Assembly: GCF_001194135.2 (NCBI RefSeq)
Contig: NC_068984.1
Coordinates: 52,372,701-52,434,417 of the forward strand
From: Octopus bimaculoides
Taxonomy: Eukaryota
Reading direction: 5' to 3'
Length of the DNA stretch: 61,717 nucleotides
Every line of letters begins with the position of its first letter. Position 1 is the first letter of the stretch. This document shows positions 51,001 through 61,717 of this stretch, piece by piece. The notes below the pieces were generated by a model. That model was not told the DNA's origin. It saw only the letters and a list, made by a program, of their open reading frames with translations, and ran no database searches. The position numbers and the translations under genes are program-made.

Positions 51001-51365
51001 GACTTTTAGACGTCACTAAGAAACTCTCCAGGTTCCAGTAAAAAGCAGCCTGCCTACACTTGTTTGGAGCGTAGACAGCTACCAACCTGAAGGACTGTTT
51101 ACTCATGTGTGCCACATTGAGAACAACCAACCTACCTTCTGAGTCTAGAAAGACTGCACTTATCTGCACGTCCAAGTTTTTTCCTGAATAGGACCACCAC
51201 GCCACCCCCACCCCCACTGACTAGGAGAAATGATGGCCCACTCAGCTTGGACTCAGTTACAACACATATATCAATTTCTAGTGACATAAGGTCGTTCAGG
51301 AGGCAAGTTTGCTTCCATTTCAACCCCAGGCCATGCACATTTATGCACCCTAACTTAAATTGCAT
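48080..51365 (-). pseudogene. ORF2: APE endonuclease + reverse transcriptase + CCHC, with stops and frameshifts
   Basis: LGCINVHGL; LVAVYAPN; VVLGNFN; WTWSN...SYLDRI; KSPGLDGL; NFRPITLLNVELKVL; LDQSKAFDRVDH; QGCPLSPLLYVLALE; YMDDVT; VKLLGVW; CPKCGWDEETVPHALVHC. Confidence 0.92.
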
Positions 51366-51377
51366 AGAAAAGTGTAC

Positions 51378-52620
51378 TTACATTTTGAATTTGGGGAGAG
51401 GCTGTATGAATTCAGCTTCCCCGCCACCCTCCTTTTTCTTTGGTGTAGCCGCTGGACTCACAATGAATTTCTTGCTGGCCATCTCTGTGCTGATGTCTTT
51501 AATGTCTTCTTTATATCTTACTAAAAGTTTGTTAAATAAACTCACCTCTATTCTGGCCATCCGAATGTAAGGTGGCAAGTCCTGATTTGCTTTGTACACT
51601 CATGCTTTGTGGTGAGCACATATAATCCATGACAAAGCTTCATTGCTTTCTTTGAAAGCTACTATTTTATATTGTAGTTTGGGTTGGAGTTTGGTGAAGG
51701 GTTTTGACTGGGGGTTGGTGTGGGGAGATTTTTCTTGTGTGTCTGCGGTTGCTTTCAGTGTTTTAGTATGGGGAGGAAAGTCTGGGACTGAGGCCTTTTT
51801 TCTTTTTTGTGACTTCACCATGATGAATTGTGTCTCTTCTTCTGTGTAAGCTGTTTCTTGCCTTGTTGTTTCGCTTTCCTTGGGCACTTCTGTTTGTTTT
51901 TTGTTTTCTTTTTCTGTTGTTTCTTTGCATTTTGGTTGAGTTTTTTGTTGAGGAGGGGGCCTCGTTTTTCTCTTCACATCCCTTGCAGACATGGCTGTTT
52001 TTGCCACACTTAAAACAGCGCGGCCTACATCCCTCTACACTCACTCTCATGCTCAGCCCCTTCCCTATGAACACCCTTTCGGGAAGCCCTTTGAGAATTT
52101 CCATGCTGGCTTGTACTGCCATCTCAAGCGACTGGCCTTTCCAATTTTCATCCTCCTTTTTCTGCATTTGCAGAATGGACATTTTTTCCTCCAAATCGTA
52201 CAAAACGGCTGCTGCTATCCATAAAACGTCCAGCCCGGCTGGAATTTCCTCCACTTTGATTTTTGCCGTGCTTCTGCCTAAATAAGTTGGCAGGAGAATT
52301 ATGTCTGCCTTTTTCAGTGTCAGTGTAGACAGTTCTTCAGCTGTACTTTCATCAGCGAATTGTGCTTCTACTGTAGCACTTTTTAAAACTCGTCCAACAT
52401 ATCTAATTCTGTTCTAAATGGGTTGTAAACATTTTTCGATGAGTTTGCTTTTCACCAACATTATTCTTTTTTCTTTCAGACTGTACATCTTATAGACGAC
52501 AGTTTTGGCAGCTATATTTTGTAGTGTTTCCTGGGGAGGGAGTAACTTGGTGTCATTCCCTGTTTACTTAATCATGTTACGATACTTGAACAGTTCCATC
52601 ATGGACACATTCAAATTTAC
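51378..52620 (-). pseudogene. ORF1 gag-like protein with CX2CX4HX4C knuckle, disrupted
   Basis: RPRCFKCGKNSHVCKGC at about 51980-52030. The reading frame can be extended upstream through stops (…ILLPTYLGRSTAKIKVEEIP). It ends 12 nt before the ORF2 ATG. Confidence 0.8.
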
Positions 52621-53083
52621 TATGTTGCTGCCAATGCCAGCCGAAAAATTAGTTTTTTCCTTTTCAACCTTTTTTTTATACTTTGGTTTATATTCTCTGT
52701 AGCCTATTCCATCTCTGGGAAATTGAAAATTGACTCCAAGTCAAAATCCATAATGAATACAAAAGTTCCTTTTATAGGACACCCAAATTTTCAAAAAATA
52801 TTTGCTTAGTAACAAAAATATTTTATGCCAAAAATGTCTATCAAATAGATATTTAAACAGTATGTAATTCAAAGATAACAGTATTTTTTTTCCCCCGCAA
52901 GGTGAAAATTGCCATTATTGACATGAACAACATTCAACTTGCCAATCACCAGCTAGGGAGGAGAAGTGATTTCGAACAAAAATGCATATGCTTTTTTCCA
53001 GCAACAAAAAGTCACTGATCTCAAAAAAGGAGAAACAAGCAATAATAACTCTCTGAGCAAGATGTAAACAGTAGCTGCACGAC

Positions 53084-53246
53084 ATCATGAAGTATATTTG
53101 CCACCTAAATGTGGCTGACCCATATGGGACGATGTTACTGTAGTTTATAGCCCCAGGAAGACATCTCCAACAGCTGATCAGGCACAGACAGTGTGTCGTT
53201 AGCCAGCTGGATGTCTCCTGGGGCTGAATTACAGCAACATTCGTCC
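53084..53246. repeat. Second copy of the 47606 repeat with fold-back inversion (hairpin 53127-53246)
   Basis: About 85 bp direct match to 47606-47690, then the reverse complement of 47692-47728 and of the preceding arm. Confidence 0.85.
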
Positions 53247-53623
53247 TTGCCATGTTATGTTGGCAAACAATCTTTACTCCAAAGTACTGTTGCTGAATAT
53301 CTCTCATTGTGAGATTTAAAAATAGTAATTTTCTAAAATAATTTGTGTATTGTAGAAGTATAACCAATTTATTGCAAATAAATTTTAACAACAAAATCTT
53401 ATATGAACTCTGGTTGAGAACCACTGGTTGAAAGTATAATATATATCCAGGACTGCAATACATAGTAGTTCTAGCAATTGTATAGAGGTGACCAGTTTGG
53501 CTTTGGTTGAATGAGATCTGTAATGCAAGTGCTGTGGAATGCTAGTGAGTTCCTAACAAGGAAATTGTGTATGGCTACTCCAGTTCAATTTCTAGTCAAA
53601 GCATATTTCATTTATTTCTCATA

Positions 53624-53879
53624 GGTAAAGGTAAAATTACCCTCTCAAGTCATGCCGACTTACAAGGCCTAGTTTCCTAGTTTCATGGCATATAAATTCC
53701 CACCTGGACAGGATGCTTGTCCATCACAAGATTACTCATTTTTGCCAGCTGAGTGAACTGGAGCAATGTGAAATGAAGTATTTTGCTCAAGGACATAATG
53801 TGCTGCCCGGTCTAGGAATTGAAACCACAATCTTATAATCATGAGTCTAACATCCTAACCACTAAGCCATGTGTTTCCA
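53624..53879 (-). mobile_element. SINE family C variant with 15-bp TSD
   Basis: TSD CATTTATTTCTCATA at 53609-53623 and 53880-53894; head ACATGGCTTAGTGGTTAGG...GGTTTCAATTCC. Confidence 0.85.
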
Positions 53880-54929
53880 CATTTATTTCTCATACCAACC
53901 ATAGCAATCAGTTTTAAAAGATACAGGTTTGGCAAAACTAATTTGTTTTTGATATACAACAGGGAAAGAAAATATCTAGTAGTGACACAATGAGCCATTA
54001 ATAAAAATCGTTGAATATTTGCATATTATTTCATTAAATCTTTGATATAATTTAAAATATACAAAAATTACTTTCTCTGAGATTACTTTCTTCACACTCA
54101 TCTAAAATTACACATTGAGTAATATTATACTATGTTCAGGAAACTATCATTTATCTAACAAACAAACTTTCCATCACAAACTGCCATCAATCAGGAAATC
54201 TTTGTTAAGATGCATTTCCTACTAGGTTATTACACCAAAATCTGCTCTTCTGAATTTTCTTGTACTGTACCAATCCATTTAAAGATATCCTCAACTACTA
54301 TCTCCCTTCTTAACTAGTTAATCTCTATTAAATTACCAGGCTCCATAGGACTGGCATTGAATTTCAGTTCTGGGCATCAAAAACTTGTATGTGCAATACA
54401 AGAGCCACTCACTGGTTCATGCATTTTATCAAAACATAATTCTACAGAAACAAATTATGGAGTTAGTTTTTCCTGTTGAAGAATTGTGGCATAGTGGGTG
54501 ATCTGCCGCAAGTGAAAGGGGAAGTTAGTGGGTAATGCACTGGAAGCGAGAGGGGAAGTGACATCAGATGATGAAATGAGAAATTGGAAATGTCCTTGAG
54601 TGTCCTAGATTCTGGCCAACAGTTTCAGATAAAAGAGTGCATCTGGGTCACACAGTAAGTTTTAGTTGACAATTGAGATCTTTTTTGGAGTCATTTGTCA
54701 AAACAAAGCAAGAGACTTATTATTTAAACTCTGCACTGCATATTAGCAAACACTCATCAATTTCACAGTGCTTCCACTGCTTGCTGGGGAAAACTGTACC
54801 ACTCACTATCCTTACCTAGAAATTAGGTGGACTAGTGAATGTCTTAGCCATAGACACATTACAGTGTAAATAACAGAACATGAATTGTAAAACCTTCAAT
54901 AGTCGTTTCACTATCAACTTAGCCATCTT

Positions 54930-55850
54930 AGCGGGTATCAAAAAGTTCTGGAATAGTTATATTTAATAAAAAATAACTTATTTACCCAAGTTTTAACATC
55001 ATCTCCTTTGAAATAGTCACTTTGTACAGCAATACACTGGTCTCAGCATTCCTGCCACTTTTGGAATCTGACCTGGAAGTTATTTTCCATAAGCGATTTG
55101 CTCTGAATCTCGACAACGGTGTTAAAACAGTGTCCTTTGAGCTGCATTTTCATCTTGGGAAAGAGATAGAAGTCTGCAGGTGCTAAACCTAGCGAATAGG
55201 GTGGGTGTGGAAGTGATACCATGTTATCTTTAGTAAGAAACTCACAAGTGAGCAAAGCTCAGTAACAGGGTGCATTGTCATCATGAAGAATTCAATTCTT
55301 CCTGCTCCACAGATCCAGTCACTTTTACTGAATGTCCTCCCCCAAATGCTTCAGAACATCACTATATAACTCTCAATTGACAGTCTGGCACTGGGGAATG
55401 AATTCTCGATGCACAATGCCACATTTCTGGGGGTAATGTTCATGGCATGCCTTCCAGATCACTCGTTGTCTTCCAGGGATGCTCTTTCGCTTTTGAAACA
55501 CCTGTGCTCCTCAAAACACTGTGTGCAACCCATTGCCACATTTGCTGTAAGCTTGCTGAAGCATTCTCAATGTCTCTGTAGTAGACTTCTCAAGTTTAAC
55601 ACAAAATTATACGTTGGATCTTTGTTCCTGTCCATGACAAAATCACAGACTACAGCTTACACATGATCAAAAACACACAAATTTCACAACTTGCAAAGTA
55701 AATACAGCAATGTCACTTGACACACTAACATGAGGTTTAAATAAGTGCAGAGTTTAAATAAGGTCACCTCTAGCTCTCACTGCGCATGCAACTGTGCGCA
55801 CCCATCTATTGGTGTGCTACAAAACTAATCTGGGAACTTTTTCATACTAC
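54930..55850 (-). mobile_element. Defective mariner (DD34D-type)
   Basis: LPHPPYSLGLAPADFYLFPKMKMQLKGHCF; degenerate TIRs GGGTATCAAAAAGTTCTGGAAT and ATCTGGGAACTTTTCATAC. Confidence 0.8.
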
Positions 55851-57056
55851 TTTATACACCTCTTTCTTTTTAGATACTGTAGTAAATATTAATCAATCCT
55901 TTATATTTAGAATTACATCTCATCATTTCTCATGATTCAAACAATTAACAAATATCAATGTTACTGACTTCACCCAATTATCTCATCTTCTGATCCTGTA
56001 GTGTCAACCTGCAGATAATTTATTTATTAATTTATTTAAAGTCCATAAAGCCTCCATAGTTCAAAGCTGACCATGCAACTGCACTTGTGTGTGCAGACTT
56101 TCACAAAATATTTTGGGAGGAAGATTGACAACTGCTTTCCCATGCATTTTCCCCTCTCCTTGCCAGGAGAAGAAAAGCACTGATACAACTTGGCATTAGT
56201 GTCATTGCAAATATTGCTGGCAGAATGCGGCAAAAAAAAAAAAGAATTAGATATTGGAAAGCATGTTGTTCAGCCCTCTAATGGTGCCATTAATCCACTG
56301 CTCTGAATTGATACTTTTCATTGACCCAAAAAGCAGGAAAAGTAAAAGTAACTTCAGTAGGATTTGAACTCAGAACAAATACTGCATGTTATTCTATCCA
56401 ACACACTAATAACTCTGCCAATTCACCAACTTGTTAGAGTGAACAAAGAAAAGTCCTGAAAAATATCTATTTTTCATTTAATTTCAGTTTATTGAATTTT
56501 GTTCAGTAACCAGACATACTTTTGCAAGAGTTACTGCACTACAAATGGCAGTCCCAGTATACAGTCTTTATTATCTAAGAATGAAGTTAAATGTAACTAA
56601 GTCATTTCTTTAATATCATTGTAAATAAACAATTTATAGAGAGTTTACAGACAATCAATATCTTATTTCATATAATAATCATTGTCAGAAAAAGACTATT
56701 GATTTTGGGATGCACCAACACTTTTAAATTGAGATTTGGGGTGTGTAAACACATTTAAATTGAGTTTTCATTATAGTCACAAGAGTGATTGTAGTCTTAA
56801 GAGTGATTGCTTGATAGGACTATACAGTGACAGGAAGTTTTTTGGAAAACAGCCATAAGAGCAGGCAACCTGACATTGAGTTATATATAGCTTGTTCTTA
56901 ATTCTGTGAGACAATATTAAATAATTAACAATACAACTCAGTGAATAAAGTAAGTAAAAATATTGATTTTTTTAAGAATTTATAAACTTCAAGAGAATGT
57001 AAAATAATTCTATTCATTTCTTTTTTTTTTTTGTCTCAAAGCAAATGATAAGGCTA

Positions 57057-58248
57057 CAAGTATGGGCTGAAAGGTTCATAGGCTGACTATGAAGGAGTTG
57101 TGCTAGAGCTGTGAAAACTTGGATGCATTAATTTCAACTCCTCTTATTAGTAACTGCACTGTTTCTTTCCGACTATTCAAAGACTTCAAAAGTAACTAAT
57201 AGCAATTTCTCTTGAAAATGGACAAAATTTAGCATTGTTATTATCATGTACCTTCAGTAAAAGGGTTTAGTTTCTAAGGACATTCATACTGACATGGTTG
57301 CTACATTAAGGAATGATGCTCCAAGATTCATCAACAGAGGAAAGGTAAACCACAAAACTTATGAGGGGAAGGGAGAGTGCAACTGTCACCACCTAAGAAA
57401 ACATTGATCATGTTCACCACATGGTGATGGATCACAGGCAATTGATTATAAATCAAATAGCCAATGCTATTAGAATATCCCATGAGAGAGATGAGAATAT
57501 TCTGCATAATGAACTTAGCATAATGAAGGTTTCTGCTCAGTGGGTGCCATGTCTTCTGACACCTGATCATAAGCACACACCAGGCTGATCACATCACAGG
57601 AAAATCTGATGTTGTTTGAGGCAGACTTAGCTAGTTTGCTTGAATATTTTCTGACCCAGGTTAAGTGTTGGCTTCATCACTTTGAGTCAGAGATAAAGGC
57701 CCCCAAAGAAGGCCAAGATCATTTCATCTGCAAGGAAGGTGATGGCCTCAGTTTTGCAGGAGACAAAAGGTATTGTGTTCATTGAGTATTTTGAAAAGGG
57801 CTGCACCATCAATAGAGAGTATTATGCCAACTAACTGAGACAGTTATGAAAGGCTATCAAGACCAAACACCTAAGAAAACTGACGAAAGGGGTCTTGATT
57901 CTCCAGGACAATGCTCCAGCTTACAAGTCCTTGGTTTTAATGGCTGCTGTGCATGACTGGCTTTGAACTCGTTGATCAGCCTCCCTATTTTCCTGATTTG
58001 GCCCCCTCTGGCTATCTTCTATTCCCCAAATACTTGGTGGCAACCAGCATTGCAGTGATGATGACATATCTACTGTTGCTACTAGTTACTTTTGAAGTCT
58101 TCTTTAAACAGTCAGATGTCAGTTTACCTGAAGAAAAAAAAAACAATGCAGTTATAAATTAGAATAGTTGAAATTAATGCATGCAAAATTTTGCAGCTCT
58201 AACATCACTCCTCCAAAGTCAGCCCATGAACTTTTCAGCTCACCCTTG
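57057..58248 (+). mobile_element. Defective mariner (DD34D-type)
   Basis: TINREYYA...KGVLILQDNAPAYKS...ELVDQPPYFPDLAPSGYLLFP; TA-flanked TIRs CAAGTATGGGCTGAAAGGTTCAT and ATGAACTTTTCAGCTCACCCTTG. Confidence 0.85.
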
Positions 58249-58454
58249 TATAAATAATAGTGTGTTGATATTGGGTTAAAAACCCCTTTGGATACAAAAT
58301 GCTTATTGGAGATGCAGGGTCAAATCCCACAGACAGCCTTTAACTTTTTTTGTCCAAAGTGTTTTTTTAATCCAATATATTTACATACTATTATTTAAAG
58401 CTTTATCATCTGCTTTGAGATCCACTGTCCCAAACATGGATTATCTTTTACCTT

Positions 58455-58786
58455 TTTAACTTTTACTTGTTTCAGTCATTTGACTGCAGCCATGCTGGGG
58501 CACCGCCTTGAAAGGATTTAGTTGAACAAATCGACCCCAGGGTTTTTTTTCAAGCCTAGTACTTATTCTATCGGCCTCTTATGCTGAACTACTAAGTTAC
58601 AGGGATGTAAACATAATACACTACTTGTCAAGCAGGTTTGTGTGTGGAGATAAACACAGACACAAAAACACAATACACACACACACACACCACAAAGACA
58701 CAATACACACACACACACCACAGACACAATACACACACACACACCACAAAGACACAATACACACACACACACCACAAAGACACAAT

Positions 58787-58822
<36 letters not shown>

Positions 58823-58950
58823 GGCAGGCCTCTTTCAGCCTGAGACTATAGTAGAAGACACTTGTCCAAGGTTCCATGCAATGGGACTGAACCTGGAACT
58901 ATGTAGTTTGGAAGCAAGTTTCTTACCACACAGCCACATCTGCACCTGTT
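58455..58950 (-). mobile_element. SINE family A with internal minisatellite of about 29 bp
   Basis: The internal tract contains 4 copies of (CA)nCCACAAAGACACAATA at 58655-58800. Confidence 0.85.
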
Positions 58951-60142
58951 ATTATAATTTTTTTTTTCCTGTCTCCAACTTTTATGTACAGAGTGCTATT
59001 AAACTTTTAGTTAAAAGTTCTTAGTTCTTTGTTACCATCAAAGGACTTCCCTATCAACAAATACTGCTGAATGTTGTAAATAATATTAGAATAATAATTG
59101 AATTAAGACTGCTTTTTACTGATGGATAAACTAGAACTACCCAACATGCACAGCAAATGCAGATGTAATCAACTTATCCCCACCCCCAAATTTGCTATCC
59201 TTATGCCAAAATTTGAAACCAATATATAAAGGAAAACATATTTATCTGTCAGTCTTAAGTGATAATGGGGAAGCATACTTATGATCAAAGGTGATCCAGT
59301 CTTGACTAACCAATTTTGTCTTCGTGTGTCTGGGACTCCACTATCCAATGTGTCCTTGTATTTTTAAGACTATAGAGCCATTTGAGAAAGATATGGATGA
59401 TGTTATTTCTAATAACAGCTTCCTTTTATTAGCTTGATAGATATAATGCTTCTTTAATATGTTTAAAAGAGCAGACAGTTTTAAATTTACAATTATTATA
59501 TTTCATTAAGCTTGTCATTAAACAGATCAATCTAATTTATAAGACTTCTTTTCAATCTTATTTGAAAAATACAACAGTAAATATTGTATACCATCATCAT
59601 CGTTTAAGCAGACGTTAAACGATGATGATGATAGAATGGCTATAATTAGGTTATATTTTTAGAAGAATAATAGTTGTCAAAATTGTGAAATAAATTCATT
59701 ACAATGTCTTGTTTGACTCAAATTACACAAGTTTATTTTATCATGATGAACTCTATTTCCACTGTATAGTAAATATTTTCACCATCTCATTTCCTTGATG
59801 AAAACAAAATATCTCAAATTCTTTGCTTAACTCTCTGAGTGCATCTTGTAGATATTTCCTGTTTGCATTCTAAAACTAAATACAGAAATCATCTTTTTCC
59901 TTTCTTAATGTAAACTGTCCTCTAAAGCAGGCACATAAATTCTGAACAAATTAGACTTATCGTTAGTCTAGATTCTGTTGCTTTGTACTCAGTTTTTATT
60001 CATTATTAGTATTTTTTTTTCTTTCGCAAATGAAAATATAGTCTACACTGAATTCATTAACTTTTGTTGAATATATAGTTTATATAATATTTTAAATGCT
60101 ACTTTGAACATAGTTTATTAGCTTATTTAATTCTCTGAATCA

Positions 60143-60296
60143 GGCATGGCTGTGCGGTAAGAAGCTTGTTTCCCAACCATATAGTTCCAGGCTAAGTTCC
60201 ACTGCATGGTACCTTGGGCAAGTGTCTCCTGCTGTAGCCTCAAGCTGACCAAAGCCTTGCAAGTGGATTTGGTTGACAGAAACTGAAAGAAGCCTG

Positions 60297-60300
<4 letters not shown>
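60143..60300 (+). mobile_element. SINE family A head and body, running into (AT)n and N gap
   Basis: GGCATGGCTGTGCGGTAAGAAGCTTG...GTTCCAGGCTAAGTTCC...CCTTGGGCAAGTGTC. Confidence 0.85.
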
Positions 60301-60333
<33 letters not shown>

Positions 60334-60986
60334 NNNNNNNNNNNNNNNNNNNNNNNNNNNNNNNNNNNNNNNNNNNNNNNNNNNNNNNNNNNNNNNNNNN
60401 NNNNNNNNNNNNNNNNNNNNNNNNNNNNNNNNNNNNNNNNNNNNNNNNNNNNNNNNNNNNNNNNNNNNNNNNNNNNNNNNNNNNNNNNNNNNNNNNNNNN
60501 NNNNNNNNNNNNNNNNNNNNNNNNNNNNNNNNNNNNNNNNNNNNNNNNNNNNNNNNNNNNCATGTATATATATATATATAATTATGTGTATTTCTTCTAT
60601 CTTAATGAATAAAAATTCTTCTGATAGAATAAATGGGTTAATAGAAACCAATGTAGCAAAGAACACGAAATAACTGTGGTTTAGTTCCTGTTTTTAAGGC
60701 AGGAACTCCTTGAAATTTTGGGTATTTGAGTATATTTAAGAATTTAAGGAATGGAGAAAACGCATGTTATAATTGCATACTTTATTCCTACATATGTTTC
60801 AAAGGATTACAACCTGTGTGATCCATAGGGATCTTTGATATTAAAATTGTAACCTCATATATATATATATATATATATATATGAGTTCAGTAAAAATTTA
60901 GATTCAGGTGAATATGGTACCTAAGTTAAGGCACCAGAATTTAGTACGCTATTATCCATACAATTTCAAAGTAAAGTGATTAAAAT

Positions 60987-61430
60987 CAAAATAAGCAATA
61001 AGGATATCCACAGGTAATGCAGTACGATCATTTCATGCAACTCCATTTAATTGAACAATGCAATCAATTTAAAATGCAGAGCAATCCTCAGCTGCACAGA
61101 GACATAGAATTTAATTAAATTAGAACAGATGGACACATTAGTATAATTATACCTAAAATCTCCAAGAAGTTAAGGAGAGAGACAAAGAGCATGTTGTCTC
61201 TATGTTGTAGTACAGACATGTTCTTTGTCTATCTCCTTAACTTCTTGGAGATTTTAGGTATAATTATACTAATGTGTCCATCTGTTCTAACTTAATTAAA
61301 TTCTATGTCTCTGTGCAGCTCAGGATTGCTCTGCATTTTAAATTGATGTAATGATTGCATTGTTCAATTAAATGGAGTTACATGAAACGATCGTACTGCA
61401 TTACCTCTGGATATCCTTGTTGTTTATTTT
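60987..61430. repeat. About 440-bp near-perfect palindrome (about 210-bp arms)
   Basis: AAGGATATCCACAGGTAATGCAGTACGATC...GACAAAGAGCATGT-loop-ACATGTTCTTTGTC...GATCGTACTGCATTACCTCTGGATATCCTT. Confidence 0.95.
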
Positions 61431-61439
61431 ATATATATA

Positions 61440-61717
61440 CTAGCAGTATAACCCAACCTTGTCCGGGTGTGACTTATTATGCCAGCTACGATAAGTCTTG
61501 CTAGCTGAAAATCAACTAAAAAAGAAAGCCTTACAACGAAAAAACCCTTATGATGTAAATATGTTCATAATTCAAAAAACGATGAAATTAATAGGGAAAG
61601 TCTGAAGGCTGTTTTGCGTAAAATTATTAAGCATTCGTAAATTTCATCCGTGTAATTGGCTATAGAAATGCTTGTGCAAAACAACTTTTTGCGCTGCCCT
61701 GATTATACATAGCAGGG
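61440..61717 (-). mobile_element. Helitron-like 3' terminus (element runs off the window)
   Basis: Minus strand: GC-rich hairpin CCCGGACAAGGTTGGG, 8-nt spacer, terminal CTAG followed by T. Confidence 0.7.

Larger units (their letters stand above)
47950..52800 (-). mobile_element. Near full-length Tx1/L1-clade non-LTR retrotransposon, disrupted
   Basis: ORF1 with zinc knuckle, then ORF2 with APE endonuclease, RT and C-terminal CCHC, in order. Boundaries are approximate. Confidence 0.92.

Noticed and set aside
56036-56233. Minus-strand ORF after a good acceptor-like pyrimidine tract
   Set aside because: No domain match or donor; the tract is a poly(A) run, so it is unsupported.

Overview
Eukaryotic, AT-rich, repeat-saturated genomic DNA with eight N gaps. 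The repeat families and microsatellite density resemble an Octopus genome; this is my inference, not a database result. I found no intact host protein-coding gene, rRNA, tRNA gene or CRISPR array. Most listed ORFs are microsatellite, N-gap or antisense artefacts. Retroelements present: a near full-length but disrupted Tx1/L1-clade LINE (about 47950-52800, minus), many RTE LINE pieces (three young near-identical 3' ends), a Penelope-like RT fragment and at least three tRNA-derived SINE families. DNA-transposon fossils include hAT, Tigger/pogo, maT DD37D, rosa-like, mariner, Chapaev-like and Helitron ends. The most notable pattern is a recurring architecture, (AT)n - short single-copy tail - long fold-back hairpin, seen 4-5 times. 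Two of these families carry hammerhead-ribozyme-like motifs, pointing to ribozyme-bearing non-autonomous Penelope/retrozyme-like elements. Also notable are a TIR element with a head-to-head TTAGGG core and several candidate plus-strand microexons in repeat-poor stretches.
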